NCBI GenBank assembly: GCA_964016885.1
Contig: OZ024757.1
Coordinates: 2,976,001 to 3,040,000 of the forward strand
Reading direction: 5' to 3'
Source: Eledone cirrhosa
Lineage: Eukaryota
Length of the DNA: 64,000 nucleotides
Position numbers and translations under genes: made by a program. A model generated the notes under the pieces. That model did no database searches. It was given only the letters and a program-made list of their open reading frames with translations, and was not told the origin of the DNA. Numbering within the stretch: the first letter of the stretch is position 1; each line of letters begins with the position of its first letter. Positions 41,975 through 55,292 of this stretch are shown here, one piece after another.

Positions 41975-44905
41975 CTCTCAATCCACAGATTCTTTCCAGA
42001 GACCTTCTATCCACATGACTGTGGTATTAGAGCTGTGATCTCTCCATTCAGAGATTCATTCATGACACATTCTAACCATATGTCTATAGTATCAGGGCTG
42101 TGATCTCTCCATTCAGAGATTCTTTCCTGACACATTATAACCACATGTCTGTAGTATCAGAGCTGTGATCTCTCAATTCAGAGATTCTTTCCTGAGACAT
42201 TCCCGGCACCAATCAGTAGTATCAGCGTTGTGATCTCTTAAATCAGAGATTCTTTCCTGAGACATTCTAACCACATGTCTGTAGTATCAGAGCTGTGATC
42301 TCTCAATTTAGAGATTCATTCCTGAGATATTCTAACCACATGTCTTCAGTATTAGAGCTGTGATCTCTCAATCCAGAGATTCTTTCCTGAGATCTTCTAA
42401 CCCCATATCTATAGTATTAGAGCTGTGATCTCTCAATTCAAAGATTCTTTCCAGAGATATTCTTACCACATGTCTGTAGTATCAGAGCTGTGATCTCTCA
42501 ATCCAGAGATTCTTTCTTGAGATGTTCTAACCACATGTCTATAGTATCAGATGTGTGATCTCTCAATTCAGAGATTCTTTCCAGAGACATTCTAACCACA
42601 TGACAATATTATCAGAGCTGTGATCTCTCAATTCAGAGATTCTTTCCAGAGACATACTAACCACATGTCTGTAGTATCAGAGCTCTGATCTCTCAATTCA
42701 GAGTTTCTTTCCTGAGACATTCTAACCACATGTCTATATTATCAGAGCTGTGATATCTCTATTCAGAGATTCGTTCCTGAGATATTCTAAGCACATGTCT
42801 ATAGTATCAGAGCCGTGATCTCTCAATTCAGAGATTCTTTCCTGAGACAATCTAACCACATGTCTGTAGTATCAGAGGTGTGATCTCTCAATTCAGAGAT
42901 TCATTCCTGAGACATTCTAACCACATGTCTGTAGTATCAGAGCTGTGATCTCTCAATCCAGAGATTCTTTCTTGAGACATTCTAACCACATGTCTGTAGT
43001 ATCAGAGCTGTGATATCTCAATTCAAAGATTCTTTCCACAGACATTCTAACCAGATGTCTGTAGTATCAGAGCTGTGATCTCTCAATCCAGAGATTCTTT
43101 CCAGAGACATTCTAACCACATGACTGTGGTATCAGAACTGTGATCTCTCAATTCAGAGATTCTTTCCAGAGACATTCTAACCACATGTCTATAGTATCAG
43201 AGCTGTGATCACTCCATTCAGAGATTCTTTCCTGACACATTCTAACCACATGTCTGTAGTATCAGAGCTGTGATCTCTCAATTCAGAGATTCTTTCCTGA
43301 GACATTCTAACCACATGTCTATAGTATCAGAGCTGTGATCTCTCAATTCAGAGATTCTTTCCTGAGACATTCCCGCCACCAATCTGTAGTATCAGCGTTG
43401 TGATCTCTCAATTCAGAGATTCTTTTCTCAGACATTCTAACCACATTTCTATAGCATCAGAGCTGTGATCTCTCAATTCAGAGATTCTTTCCTGAGACGT
43501 TCTAACCACATGTCTGTAGTATCAGAGCTGTGATCTTTCAATTTAGAGATTCTTTCCTGAGACTTTCTAACCACATGTCTTCAGTATTAGAGCTGTGATC
43601 TCTCAATACAGAGATTCTTTCCGGAGACATTCTAACCACATATCTATAGTATTAGAGCTGTGATCTCTCAATTCAAAGATTCTTTCCAGAGATATTCTTA
43701 TCACATGTCTGTAGTATCAGAGCTGTGATCTCTCAATTCAGAGATTCTTTCCTGAGACATTCTAACCACATGTCTATAGTATCAGAGCTGTGATCTCTCA
43801 ATTCAGAGATTCTTTCCTGAGACAATCTAACCACATGTCTGTAGTATCAGAGGCGTGATCTCTAAATTCAGAGATTCATTCCTGAGACATTCTAACCACA
43901 TGTCTGTAGTATCAGAGCTGTGATCTCTCAATCCAGAGATTCTTTCTTGAGACATTCTAACCACATGTCTGTAGTATCCGAGCTGTGATCTCTCAATTCA
44001 GAGATTCTTTCCTGCGACATTCTAACCACATGTCTGTAGTATCAGAGCTGTGATCTCTTAATTCAGAGATTCTTTCCTGAGACGTTCTAACCACATGTCT
44101 ATAGTATCAGAGCTCTGATCTCTCAATTCAGAGATTCTTTCCTGAGACATTCTAACCACATGTCTGTAGTATCAGAGCTGTGATCTCTCAATTCAGAGAT
44201 TCTTTCTTGACACATTCTAACCACATGACCATAGTATCAGAGCTGTGATCTCTCCATTCAGAGATTCTTTCCTGACACATTCTAACCACATGTCTGTAGT
44301 ATCAGAGCTGTGATCTCTCAATTCAGAGATTCTTTCCTGAGACATTCTAACCACATGTCTGTAGTATCAGAGCTGTGATATCCCAATTCAAAGATTCTTT
44401 CCTCAGACATTCTAACCAGATGTCTGTAGTATCAGAGCTGTGATCTCTCAATCCAGAGATTCTTTCCAGAGACATTCTAACCACATGACTGTGGTATCAG
44501 AGCTGTGATCTCTCAATTCAGAGATTCTTTCCAGAGACATTCTAACCACATGTCTATAGTATCAGAGCTGTGATCTCTCCATTCAGAGATTCTTTCCTGA
44601 CACATACTAACCACATGTCTGTAGTATCAGAGCTCTGATCTCTCAATTCAGAGTTTCTTTCCTGAGACATTCTAAACATATGTCTATATTATCAGAGCTG
44701 TGATATCTCAATTTAGAGATTCTTTCCTGAGACATTCTAAGCACATGTCTATAGTATCAGAGCTGTGATCTCTCAATTCAGAAATTCTTTCCTGAGACGT
44801 TCTAACCACATATCGGTAGTATCAGAGCTGTGATCTCTCAAATCCGAGATTCTTTCCTGAGACATTCTAACTACATGTCTGTAGTATCAGAGCTGTGATC
44901 TCTCA
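41975..44905 (+). repeat. ~2.9 kb copy of 38660-41590 (offset 3250-3315, 50-51 monomers)
   Basis: Shared variants 'tcattcatga' (38741/42056), 'cttatcaca' (40382/43697), 'atccgagctg' (40661/43976) and 'cttgacacat' (40891/44206). Confidence 0.85.
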
Positions 44906-47900
44906 ATTCAGAGTTTCTTTCCTGAGACATTCTAAACATATGTCTATATTATCAGAGCTGTGATCTCTCAATTCAGAGATTCTTTCCTGACACATTCTAA
45001 CCATATGTCTATAGTATCAGGGCTGTGATCTCTCCATTCAGAGATTCTTTCCTGACACATTATAACCACATGTCTGTAGTATCAGAGCTGTGATCTCTCA
45101 ATTCAGAGATTCTTTCCTGAGACATTCCCGGCACCAATCAGTAGTATCAGCGTTGTGATCTCTCAAATCAGAGATTCTTTCCTGAGACATTCTAACCCCA
45201 TGTCTGTAGTATCAGAGCTGTGATCTCTCAATTTAGAGATTCTTTCCTGAGATATTCTAACCAAATGTCTTCAGTATTAGAGCTGTGATCTCTCAATCCA
45301 GAGATTCTTTCCTGAGATCTTCTAACCCCATATCTATAGTATTAGAGCTGTGATCTCTCAATTCAAAGATTCTTTCCAGAGATATTCTTACCACATGTCT
45401 GTAGTATCAGAGCTGTGATCTCTCAATTCAGAGATTCTTTCCTGAGACATTCTAACCGCATGTCTATAGTATCAGTTGTGTGATCTCTCAATTCAGAGAT
45501 TCTTTCCTGAGACATTCTAACCACATGTCTGTAGTATCAGAGCTGTGATCTCTCAATCCAGAGATTCTTTCTTGAGATGTTCTAACCACATGTCTGTAGT
45601 ATCAGAGCTGTGATCTCTCAATTCAGAGATTCTTTCCAGAGACATTCTAACCACATGACAATATTATCAGAGCTGTGATCTCTCAATTCAGAGATTCTTT
45701 CCAGAGACATACTAACCACATGTCTGTAGTATCAGAGCTCTGATCTCTCAATTCAGAGTTTCTTTCCTGAGACATTCTAACCACATGTCTATATTATCAG
45801 AGCTGTGATATCTCTATTCAGAGATTCGTTCCTGAGATATTCTAAGCACATGTCTATAGTATCAGAGCTGTGATCTCTCAATTCAGAGATTCTTTCCTGA
45901 GACAATCTAACCACATGTCTGTAGTATCAGAGGTGTGATCTCTCAATTCAGAGATTCATTCCTGAGACATTCTAACCACATGTCTGTAGTATCAGAGCTG
46001 TGATCTCTCAATCCAGAGATTCTTTCTTGAGACATTCTAACCACATGTCTGTAGTATTAGAGCTGTGATCTCTCAATTCAGAGATTCTTTCCTGCGACAT
46101 TCTAACCACATGTCTGTAGAATCAGAGCTGTGATCTCTTAATTCAGAGATTCTTTCCTGAGACGTTCTAACCACATGTCTATAGTATCAGAGCTCTGATC
46201 TCTCAATTCAGAGATTCTTTCCTGAGACATTCTAACCACATGTCTGTAGTATGAGAGCTGTGATCTCTCAATTCAGAGATTCTTTCTTGTGACATTCTAA
46301 CCACATGACCATAGTATCAGAGCTGTGATCTCTCCATTCAGAGATTCTTTCCTGACACGTTCTAACCACATGTCTGTAGTATCAGAGCTGTGATCTCTCA
46401 ATTCAGAGATTCTTTCCTGAGACAATCTAACCACATGTCTGTAGTATCAGAGGCGTGATCTCTCAATTCAGAGATTCATTCCTGAGACATTCTAACCACA
46501 TGACCATAGTATCAGAGCTGTGATCTCTCCATTCAGAGATTCTTTCCTGAGACGTTCTAACCACATATCGGTAGTATCAGAGCTGTGATCTCTCAAATCC
46601 GAGATTCTTTCCTGAGACATTCTAACTACATGTCTGTAGTATCAGAGCTGTGATCTCTCAATTTAGAGATTCTTTCCTGAGACATTCTAACCACATATCT
46701 GTAGTGTCAGGTCTGTGATATCTCAAACCAGAGATTCTTTCCAGAAACATTCTAACTACATGTCTGTAGTATCAGAGCTGTGATATCCCAATTCAAAGAT
46801 TCTTTCCTGAGACATTCTAACCAGATGTCAGTAGTATCAGAACTGTGATCTCTCAATCCACAGATTCTTTCCAGAGACCTTCTATCCACATGACTGTGGT
46901 ATCAGAGCTGTGATCTCTCCATTCAGAGATTCTTTCCTGACACATTCTAACCATATGTCTATAGTATCAGGGCTGTGATCTCTCCATTCAGAGATTCTTT
47001 CCTGACACATTATAACCACATGTCTGTAGTATCAGAGCTGTGATCTCTCAATTCAGAGATTCTTTCCTGAGACATTCCCGGCACCAATCAGTAGTATCAG
47101 CGTTGTGATCTCTCAATTCAGAGATTCTTTCCTGAGACATTCTAACCGCATGTCTATAGTATCAGTTGTGTGATCTCTCAATTCAGAGATTCTTTCTTGA
47201 GACATTCTAACCACATGTCTGTAGTATCAGAGCTGTGATCTCTCAATCCAGAGATTCTTTCTTGAGATGTTCTAACCACATGTCTGTAGTATCAGAGCTG
47301 TGATCTCTCAATTCAGAGATTCTTTCCAGAGACATTCTAACCACATGACAATATTATCAGAGCTGTGATCTCTCAATTCAGAGATTCTTTCCCGAGACAT
47401 ACTAACCACATGTCTGTAGTATCAGAGCTCTGATCTCTCAATTCAGAGTTTCTTTCCTGAGACATTCTAACCACATGTCTATATTATCAGAGCTGTGATA
47501 TCTCTATTCAGAGATTCGTTCCTGAGATATTCTAAGCACATGTCTATAGTATCAGAGCTGTGATCTCTCAATTCAGAGATTCTTTCCTGAGACAATCTAA
47601 CCACATGTCTGTAGTATCAGAGGTGTGATCTCTCAATTCAGAGATTCATTCCTGAGACATTCTAACCACATGTCTGTATTATCAGAGCTGTGATCTCTCA
47701 ATCCAGAGATTCTTTCTTGAGACATTCTAAACACATGTCTGTAGTATTAGAGCTGTGATCTCTCAATTCAGAGATTCTTTCCTGCGACATTCTAACCACA
47801 TGTCTGTAGAATCAGAGCTGTGATCTCTTAATTCAGAGATTCTTTCCTGAGACGTTCTAACCACATGTCTATAGTATCAGAGCTCTGATCTCTCAATTCA

Positions 47901-50900
47901 GAGATTCTTTCCTGAGACATTCTAACCACATGTCTGTAGTATGAGAGCTGTGATCTCTCAATTCAGAGATTCTTTCTTGTGACATTCTAACCACATGACC
48001 ATAGTATCAGAGCTGTGATCTCTCCATTCAGAGATTCTTTCCTGACACATTCTAACCACATGTCTGTAGTATCAGAGCTGTGATCTCTCAATTCAGAGAT
48101 TCTTTCCTGAGACAATCTAACCACATGTCTGTAGTATCAGAGGCGTGATCTCTCAATTCAGAGATTCATTCCTGAGACATTCTAACCACATGTCTGTAGT
48201 ATCAGAGCTGTGATCTCTCAATCCAGAGATTCTTTCTTGAGACATTCTAACCACATGTCTGTAGTATCAGAGCTGTGATATCCCAATTCAAAGATTCTTT
48301 CCACAGACATTCTAACCAGATGTCTGTAGTATCAGAGCTGTGATCTCTCAATCCAGAGATTCTTTCCAGAGACATTCTAACCACATGACTGTGGTATCAG
48401 AACTGTGATCTCTCAATTCAGAGATTCTTTCCAGAGACATTCTAACCACATGTCTATAGTATCAGACCTGTGATCACTCCATTCAGAGATTCTTTCCTGA
48501 CACGTTCTAACCACATGTCTGTAGTATCAGAGCTGTGATCTCTCAATTCAGAGATTCTTTCCTGAGACATTCTAACCACATGTCTATAGTATCAGAGCTG
48601 TGATCTCTCAATTCAGAGATTCTTTCCTGAGACATTCCCGCCACCAATCTGTAGTATCAGCGTTGTGATCTCTCAATTCAGAGATTCTTTTCTCAGACAT
48701 TCTAACCACATTTCTATAGCATCAGAGCTGTGATCTCTCAATTCAGAGATTCTTTCCTGAGACGTTGTAACCACATGTCTGTAGTATCAGAGCTGTGGTC
48801 TTTCAATTTAGAGATTCTTTCCTGAGACATTCTAACCACATGTCTTCAGTATTAGAGCTGTGATCTCTCAATCCAGAGATTCTTTCCTGAGACATTCTAA
48901 CCACATATCTATAGTATTAGAGCTGTGATCTCTCAATTCAAAGATTCTTTCCAGAGATATTCTTATCACATGTCTGTAGTATCAGAGCTGTGATCTCTCA
49001 ATTCAGAGATTCTTTCCTGAGACATTCTAACCACATGTCTATAGTATCAGAGCTGTGATCTCTCAATTCAGAGATTCTTTCTTGTGACATTCTAACCACA
49101 TGACCATAGTATCAGAGCTGTGATCTCTCCATTCAGAGATTCTTTCCTGACACATTCTAACCACATGTCTGTAGTATCAGAGCTGTGATCTCTCAATTCA
49201 GAGATTCTTTCCTGAGACAATCTAACCACATGTCTGTAGTATCAGAGGCGTGATCTCTCAATTCAGAGATTCATTCCTGAGACATTCTAAGCACATGTCT
49301 ATAGTATCAGAGCTGTGATCTCTCAATTCAGAAATTCTTTCCTGAGACGTTCTAACCACATATCGGTAGTATCAGAGCTGTGATCTCTCAAATCCGAGAT
49401 TCTTTCCTGAGACATTCTAACTACATGTCTGTAGTATCAGAGCTGTGATCTCTCAATTTAGAGATTCTTTCCTGAGACATTCTAACCACATATCTGTAGT
49501 GTCAGATCTGTGATATCTCAAACCAGAGATTCTTTCCAGAAACATTCTAACCACATGTCTGTAGTATCAGAGCTGTGATATCCCAATTCAAAGATTCTTT
49601 CCTGAGACATTCTAACCAGATGTCTGTAGTATCAGAACTGTGATCTCTCAATCCACAGATTCTTTCCAGAGACCTCCTATCCACATGACTGTGGTATCAG
49701 AACTGTGATCTCTCCATTCAGAGATTCTTTCCTGACACATTCTAACCATATGTCTATAGTATCAGGGCTGTGATCTCTCCATTCAGAGATTCTTTCCTGA
49801 CACATTATAACCACATGTCTGTAGTATCAGAGCTGTGATCTCTCAATTCAGAGATTCTTTCCTGAGACATTCTCGGCACCAATCAGTAGTATCAGCGTTG
49901 TTATCTCTCAAATCAGAGATTCTTTCCTGAGACATTCTAACCGCATGTCTGTAGTATCAGAGCTGTGATCTCTCAATTTAGAGATTCTTTCCTGAGATAT
50001 TCTAACCACATGTCTTCAGTATTAGAGCTGTGATCTCTCAATCCAGAGATTCTTTCCTGAGATCTTCTAACCCCATATCTATAGTATTAGAGCTGTGATC
50101 TCTCAATTCAAAGATTCTTTCCAGAGATATTCTTACCACATGTCTGTAGTATCAGAGCTGTGATCTCTCAATTCAGAGATTCTTTCCTGAGACATTCTAA
50201 CCGCATGTCTATAGTATCAGTTGTGTGATCTCTCAATTCAGAGATTCTTTCCTGAGACATTCTAACCACATGTCTGTAGTATCAGAGCTGTGATCTCTCA
50301 ATCCAGAGATTCTTTCTTGAGATGTTCTAACCACATGTCTGTAGTATCAGAGCTGTGATCTCTCAATTCAGAGATTCTTTCCAGAGACATTCTAACCACA
50401 TGACAATATTATCAGAGCTGTGATCTCTCAATTCAGAGATTCTTTCCAGAGACATACTAAACACATGTCTGTAGTATCAGAGCTCTGATCTCTCAATTCA
50501 GAGTTTCTTTCCTGAGACATTCTAACCACATGTCTATATTATCAGAGCTGTGATATCTCTATTCAGAGATTCGTTCCTGAGATATTCTAAGCACATGTCT
50601 ATAGTATGAGAGCTGTGATCTCTCAATTCAGAGATTCTTTCCTGAGACAATCTAACCACATGTCTGTAGTATCAGAGGTGTGATCTCTCAATTCAGAGAT
50701 TCATTCCTGAGACATTCTAACCACATGTCTGTAGTATCAGAGCTGTGATCTCTCAATCCAGAGATTCTTTCTTGAGACATTCTAAACACATGTCTGTAGT
50801 ATTAGAGCTGTGATCTCTCAATTCAGAGATTCTTTCCTGCGACATTCTAACCACATGTCTGTAGAATCAGAGCTGTGATCTCTTAATTCAGAGATTCTTT

Positions 50901-53900
50901 CCTGAGACATTCTAACCACATGTCTATAGTATCAGAGCTCTGATCTCTCAATTCAGAGATTCTTTCCTGAGACATTCTAACCACATGTCTGTAGTATGAG
51001 AGCTGTGATCTCTCAATTCAGAGATTCTTTCTTGTGACATTCTAACCTCATGACCATAGTATCAGAGCTGTGATCTCTCCATTCAGAGATTCTTTCCTGA
51101 CACATTCTAACCACATGTCTGTAGTATCAGAGCTGTGATCTCTCAATTCAGAGATTCTTTCCTGAGACAATCTAACCACATGTCTGTAGTATCAGAGGCG
51201 TGATCTCTCAATTCAGAGATTCATTCCTGAGACATTCTAACCACATGTCTGTAGTATCAGAGCTGTGATCTCTCAATCCAGAGATTCTTTCTTGAGACAT
51301 TCTAACCACTTGACTGTGGTATCAGAACTGTGATCTCTCAATTCAGAGATTCTTTCCAGAGACATTCTAACCACATGTCTATAGTATCAGAGCTGTGATC
51401 ACTCCATTCAGAGATTCTTTCCTGACACGTTCTAACCACATGTCTGTAGTATCAGAGCTGTGATCTCTCAATTCAGAGATTCTTTCCTGAGACATTCTAA
51501 CCACATGTCTATAGTATCAGAGCTGTGATCTCTCAATTCAGAGATTCTTTCCTGAGACATTCCCGCCACCAATCTGTAGTATCAGCGTTGTGATCTCTCA
51601 ATTCAGAGATTCTTTTCTCAGACATTCTAACCACATTTCTATAGCATCAGAGCTGTGATCTCTCAATTCAGAGATTCTTTCCTGAGACGTTGTAACCACA
51701 TGTCTGTAGTATCAGAGCTGTGATCTTTCAATTTAGAGATTCTTTCCTGAGACATTCTAACCACATGTCTTCAGTATTAGAGCTGTGATCTCTCAATCCA
51801 GAGATTCTTTCCTGAGACATTCTAACCACATATCTATAGTATTAGAGCTGTGATCTCTCAATTCAAAGATTCTTTCCAGAGATATTCTTATCACATGTCT
51901 GTAGTATCAGAGCTGTGATCTCTCAATTCAGAGATTCTTTCCTGAGACATTCTAACCACATGTCTATAGTATCAGAGCTGTGATCTCTCAATTCAGAGAT
52001 TCTTTCCTGAGACAATCTAACCACATGTCTGTAGTATCAGAGGCGTGATCTCTCAATTCAGAGATTCATTCCTGAGACATTCTAACCTCATGTCTGTAGT
52101 ATCAGAGCTGTGATCTCTCAATCCAGAGATTCTTTCTTGAGACATTCTAACCACATGTCTTTAGTATCAGAGCTGTGATCTCTCAATTCAGAGATTCTTT
52201 CCTGCGACATTCTAACCACATGTCTGTAGTATCAGAGCTGTGATCTCTTAATTCAGAGATTCTTTCCTGAGACGTTCTAACCACATGTCTATAGTATCAG
52301 AGCTCTCATCTCTCAATTCAGAGATTCTTTCCTGAGACATTCTAACCACATGTCTGTAGTATCAGAGCTGTGATCTCTCAATTCAGAGATTCTTTCTTGA
52401 CACATTCTAACCACATGACCATAGTATCAGAGCTGTGATCTCTCCATTCAGAGATTCTTTCCTGACACATACTAACCACATGTCTGTAGTATCAGAGCTC
52501 TGATCTCTCAATTCAGAGTTTCTTTCCTGAGACATTCTAAACATATGTCTATATTATCAGAGCTGTGATATCTCAATTTAGAGATTCTTTCCTGAGACAT
52601 TCTAAGCACATGTCTATAGTATCAGAGCTGTGATCTCTCAATTCAGAAATTCTTTCCTGAGACGTTCTAACCACATATCGGTAGTATCAGAGCTGTGATC
52701 TCTCAAATCCGAGATTCTTTCCTGAGACATTCTAACTACATGTCTGTAGTATCAGAGCTGTGATCTCTCAATTTAGAGATTCTTTCCTTAGACATTCTAA
52801 CCACATATCTGTAGTGTCAGATCTGTGATATCTCAAACCAGAGATTCTTTCCAGAAACATTCTAACCACATGTCTGTAGTATCAGAGCTGTGATATCCCA
52901 ATTCAAAGATTCTTTCCTCAGACATTCTAACCACATGTCTGTAGTATCAGAGCTGTGATCTCTCCATTCAGAGATTCTTTCCTGACACATTCTAACCATA
53001 TTTCTATAGTATCAGGGCTGTGATCTCTCCATTCAGAGATTCTTTCCTGACACATTATAACCACATGTCTGTAGTATCAGAGCTGTGATCTCTCAATTCA
53101 GAGATTCTTTCCTGAGACATTCCCAGCACCAATCAGTAGTATCAGCGTTGTGATCTCTCAAATCAGAGATTCTTTCCTGAGACATTCTAACCACATGTCT
53201 GTAGTATCAGAGCTGTGATCTCTCAATTTAGAGATTCTTTCCTGAGATATTCTAACCACATGTCTTCAGTATTAGAGCTGTGATCTCTCAATCCAGAGAT
53301 TCTTTCCTGAGATCTTCTAACCCCATATCTATAGTATTAGAGCTGTGATCTCTCAATTCAAAGATTCTTTCCTGAGATATTCTTACCACATGTCTGTAGT
53401 ATCAGAGCTGTGATCTCTCAATTCAGAGATTCTTTCCTGAGACATTCTAACCGCATGTCTATAGTATCAGTTGTGTGATCTCTCAATTCAGAGATTCTTT
53501 CCTGAGACATTCTAACCACATGTCTGTAGTATCAGATCTGTGATCTCTCAATCCAGAGATTCTTTCTTGAGATGTTCTAACCACATGTCTGTAGTATCAG
53601 AGCTGTGATCTCTCAATTCAGAGATTCTTTCCAGAGACATTTTAACCACATGACAATATTATCAGAGCTGTGATCTCTCAATTCAGAGATTCTTTCCAGA
53701 GACATACTAACCACATGTCTGTAGTATCAGAGCTCTGATCTCTCAATTCAGAGTTTCTTTCCTGAGACATTCTAACCAGATGTCTATATTATCGGAGCTG
53801 TGATATCTCTATTCAGAGATTCGTTCCTGAGATATTCTAAGCACATGTCTATAGTATCAGAGCTGTGATCTCTCAATTCAGAGATTCTTTCCTGAGACAA

Positions 53901-55292
53901 TCTAACCACATGTCTGTAGTATCAGAGGTGTGATCTCTGAATTCAGAGATTCATTCCTGAGACATTCTAACCACATGTCTGTAGTATCAGAGCTGTGATC
54001 TCTCAATCCAGAGATTCTTTCTTGAGACATTCTAACCACATGTCTGTAGTATTAGAGCTGTGATCTCTCAATTCAGAGATTCTTTCCTGCGACATTCTAA
54101 ACACATGTCTGTAGAATCAGAGCTGTGATCTCTTAATTCAGAGATTCTTTCCTGAGACGTTCTAACCACATGTCTATAGTATCAGAGCTCTGATCTCTCA
54201 ATTCAGAGATTCTTTCCTGAGACATTCTAACCACATGTCTGTAGTATGAGAGCTGTGATCTCTCAATTCAGAGATTCTTTCTTGTGACGTTCTAACCACA
54301 TGACCATAGTATCAGAGCTGTGATCTCTCCATTCAGAGATTCTTTGCTGACACATTCTAACCACATGTCTGTAGTATCAGAGGTGTGATCTCTCAATTCA
54401 GAGATTCTTTTCAGAGACATCCTAACCACATGTCTGTAGTATCAGAACTGTGATATCCCAATTCAAAGATTCTTTCCTCAGACATTCTAACCAGATGTCT
54501 GTAGTATCAGAGCTGTGATCTCTCAATTCAGAGATTCTTTCCTGAGACATTCTAACCACATGTCTGTAGTATGAGAGCTGTGATATCTCTATTCAGAGAT
54601 TCGTTCCAGAGACATTCTAACCACATGACTGTGGTATCAGAACTGTGATCTCTCAATTCAGAGATTCTTTCCAGAGACATTCTAACCACATGTCTATAGT
54701 ATCAGAGCTGTGATCACTCCATTCAGAGATTCTTTCCTGACACATTCTAACCACATGTCTGTAGTATCAGATCTGTGATCTCTCAATTCAGAGATTCTTT
54801 CCTGAGACATTCTAACCACATGTCTATAGTATCAGAGCTGTCATCTCTCAATTCAGAGATTCTTTCCTGAGACATTCCCGCCACCAATCTGTAGTATCAG
54901 CGTTGTGATCTCTCAATTCAGAGATTCTTTTCTCAGACATTCTAACCACAATTCTACAGCATCAGAGCTGTGATCTCCCAATTCAGAGATTCTTTCCTGA
55001 GACATTCTAACCACATGTCTGTAGTATCAGAGCTGTGATCTTTCAATTTAGAGATTCTTTCCTGAGATATTCTAACCACATGTCTTCAGTATTAGAGCTG
55101 TGATCTCTCAATCCAGAGATTCTTTCCTGAGACATTCTAACCGCATATCTATAGTATTAGAGCTGGGATCTCTCAATTCAAAGATTCTTTCCAGAGATAT
55201 TCTTACCACATGTCTGTAGTATCAGAGCTGTGATCTCTCAATTCAGATATTCTTTCCTGAGACATTCTAACCACAAGTCTATAGTATCAGAG

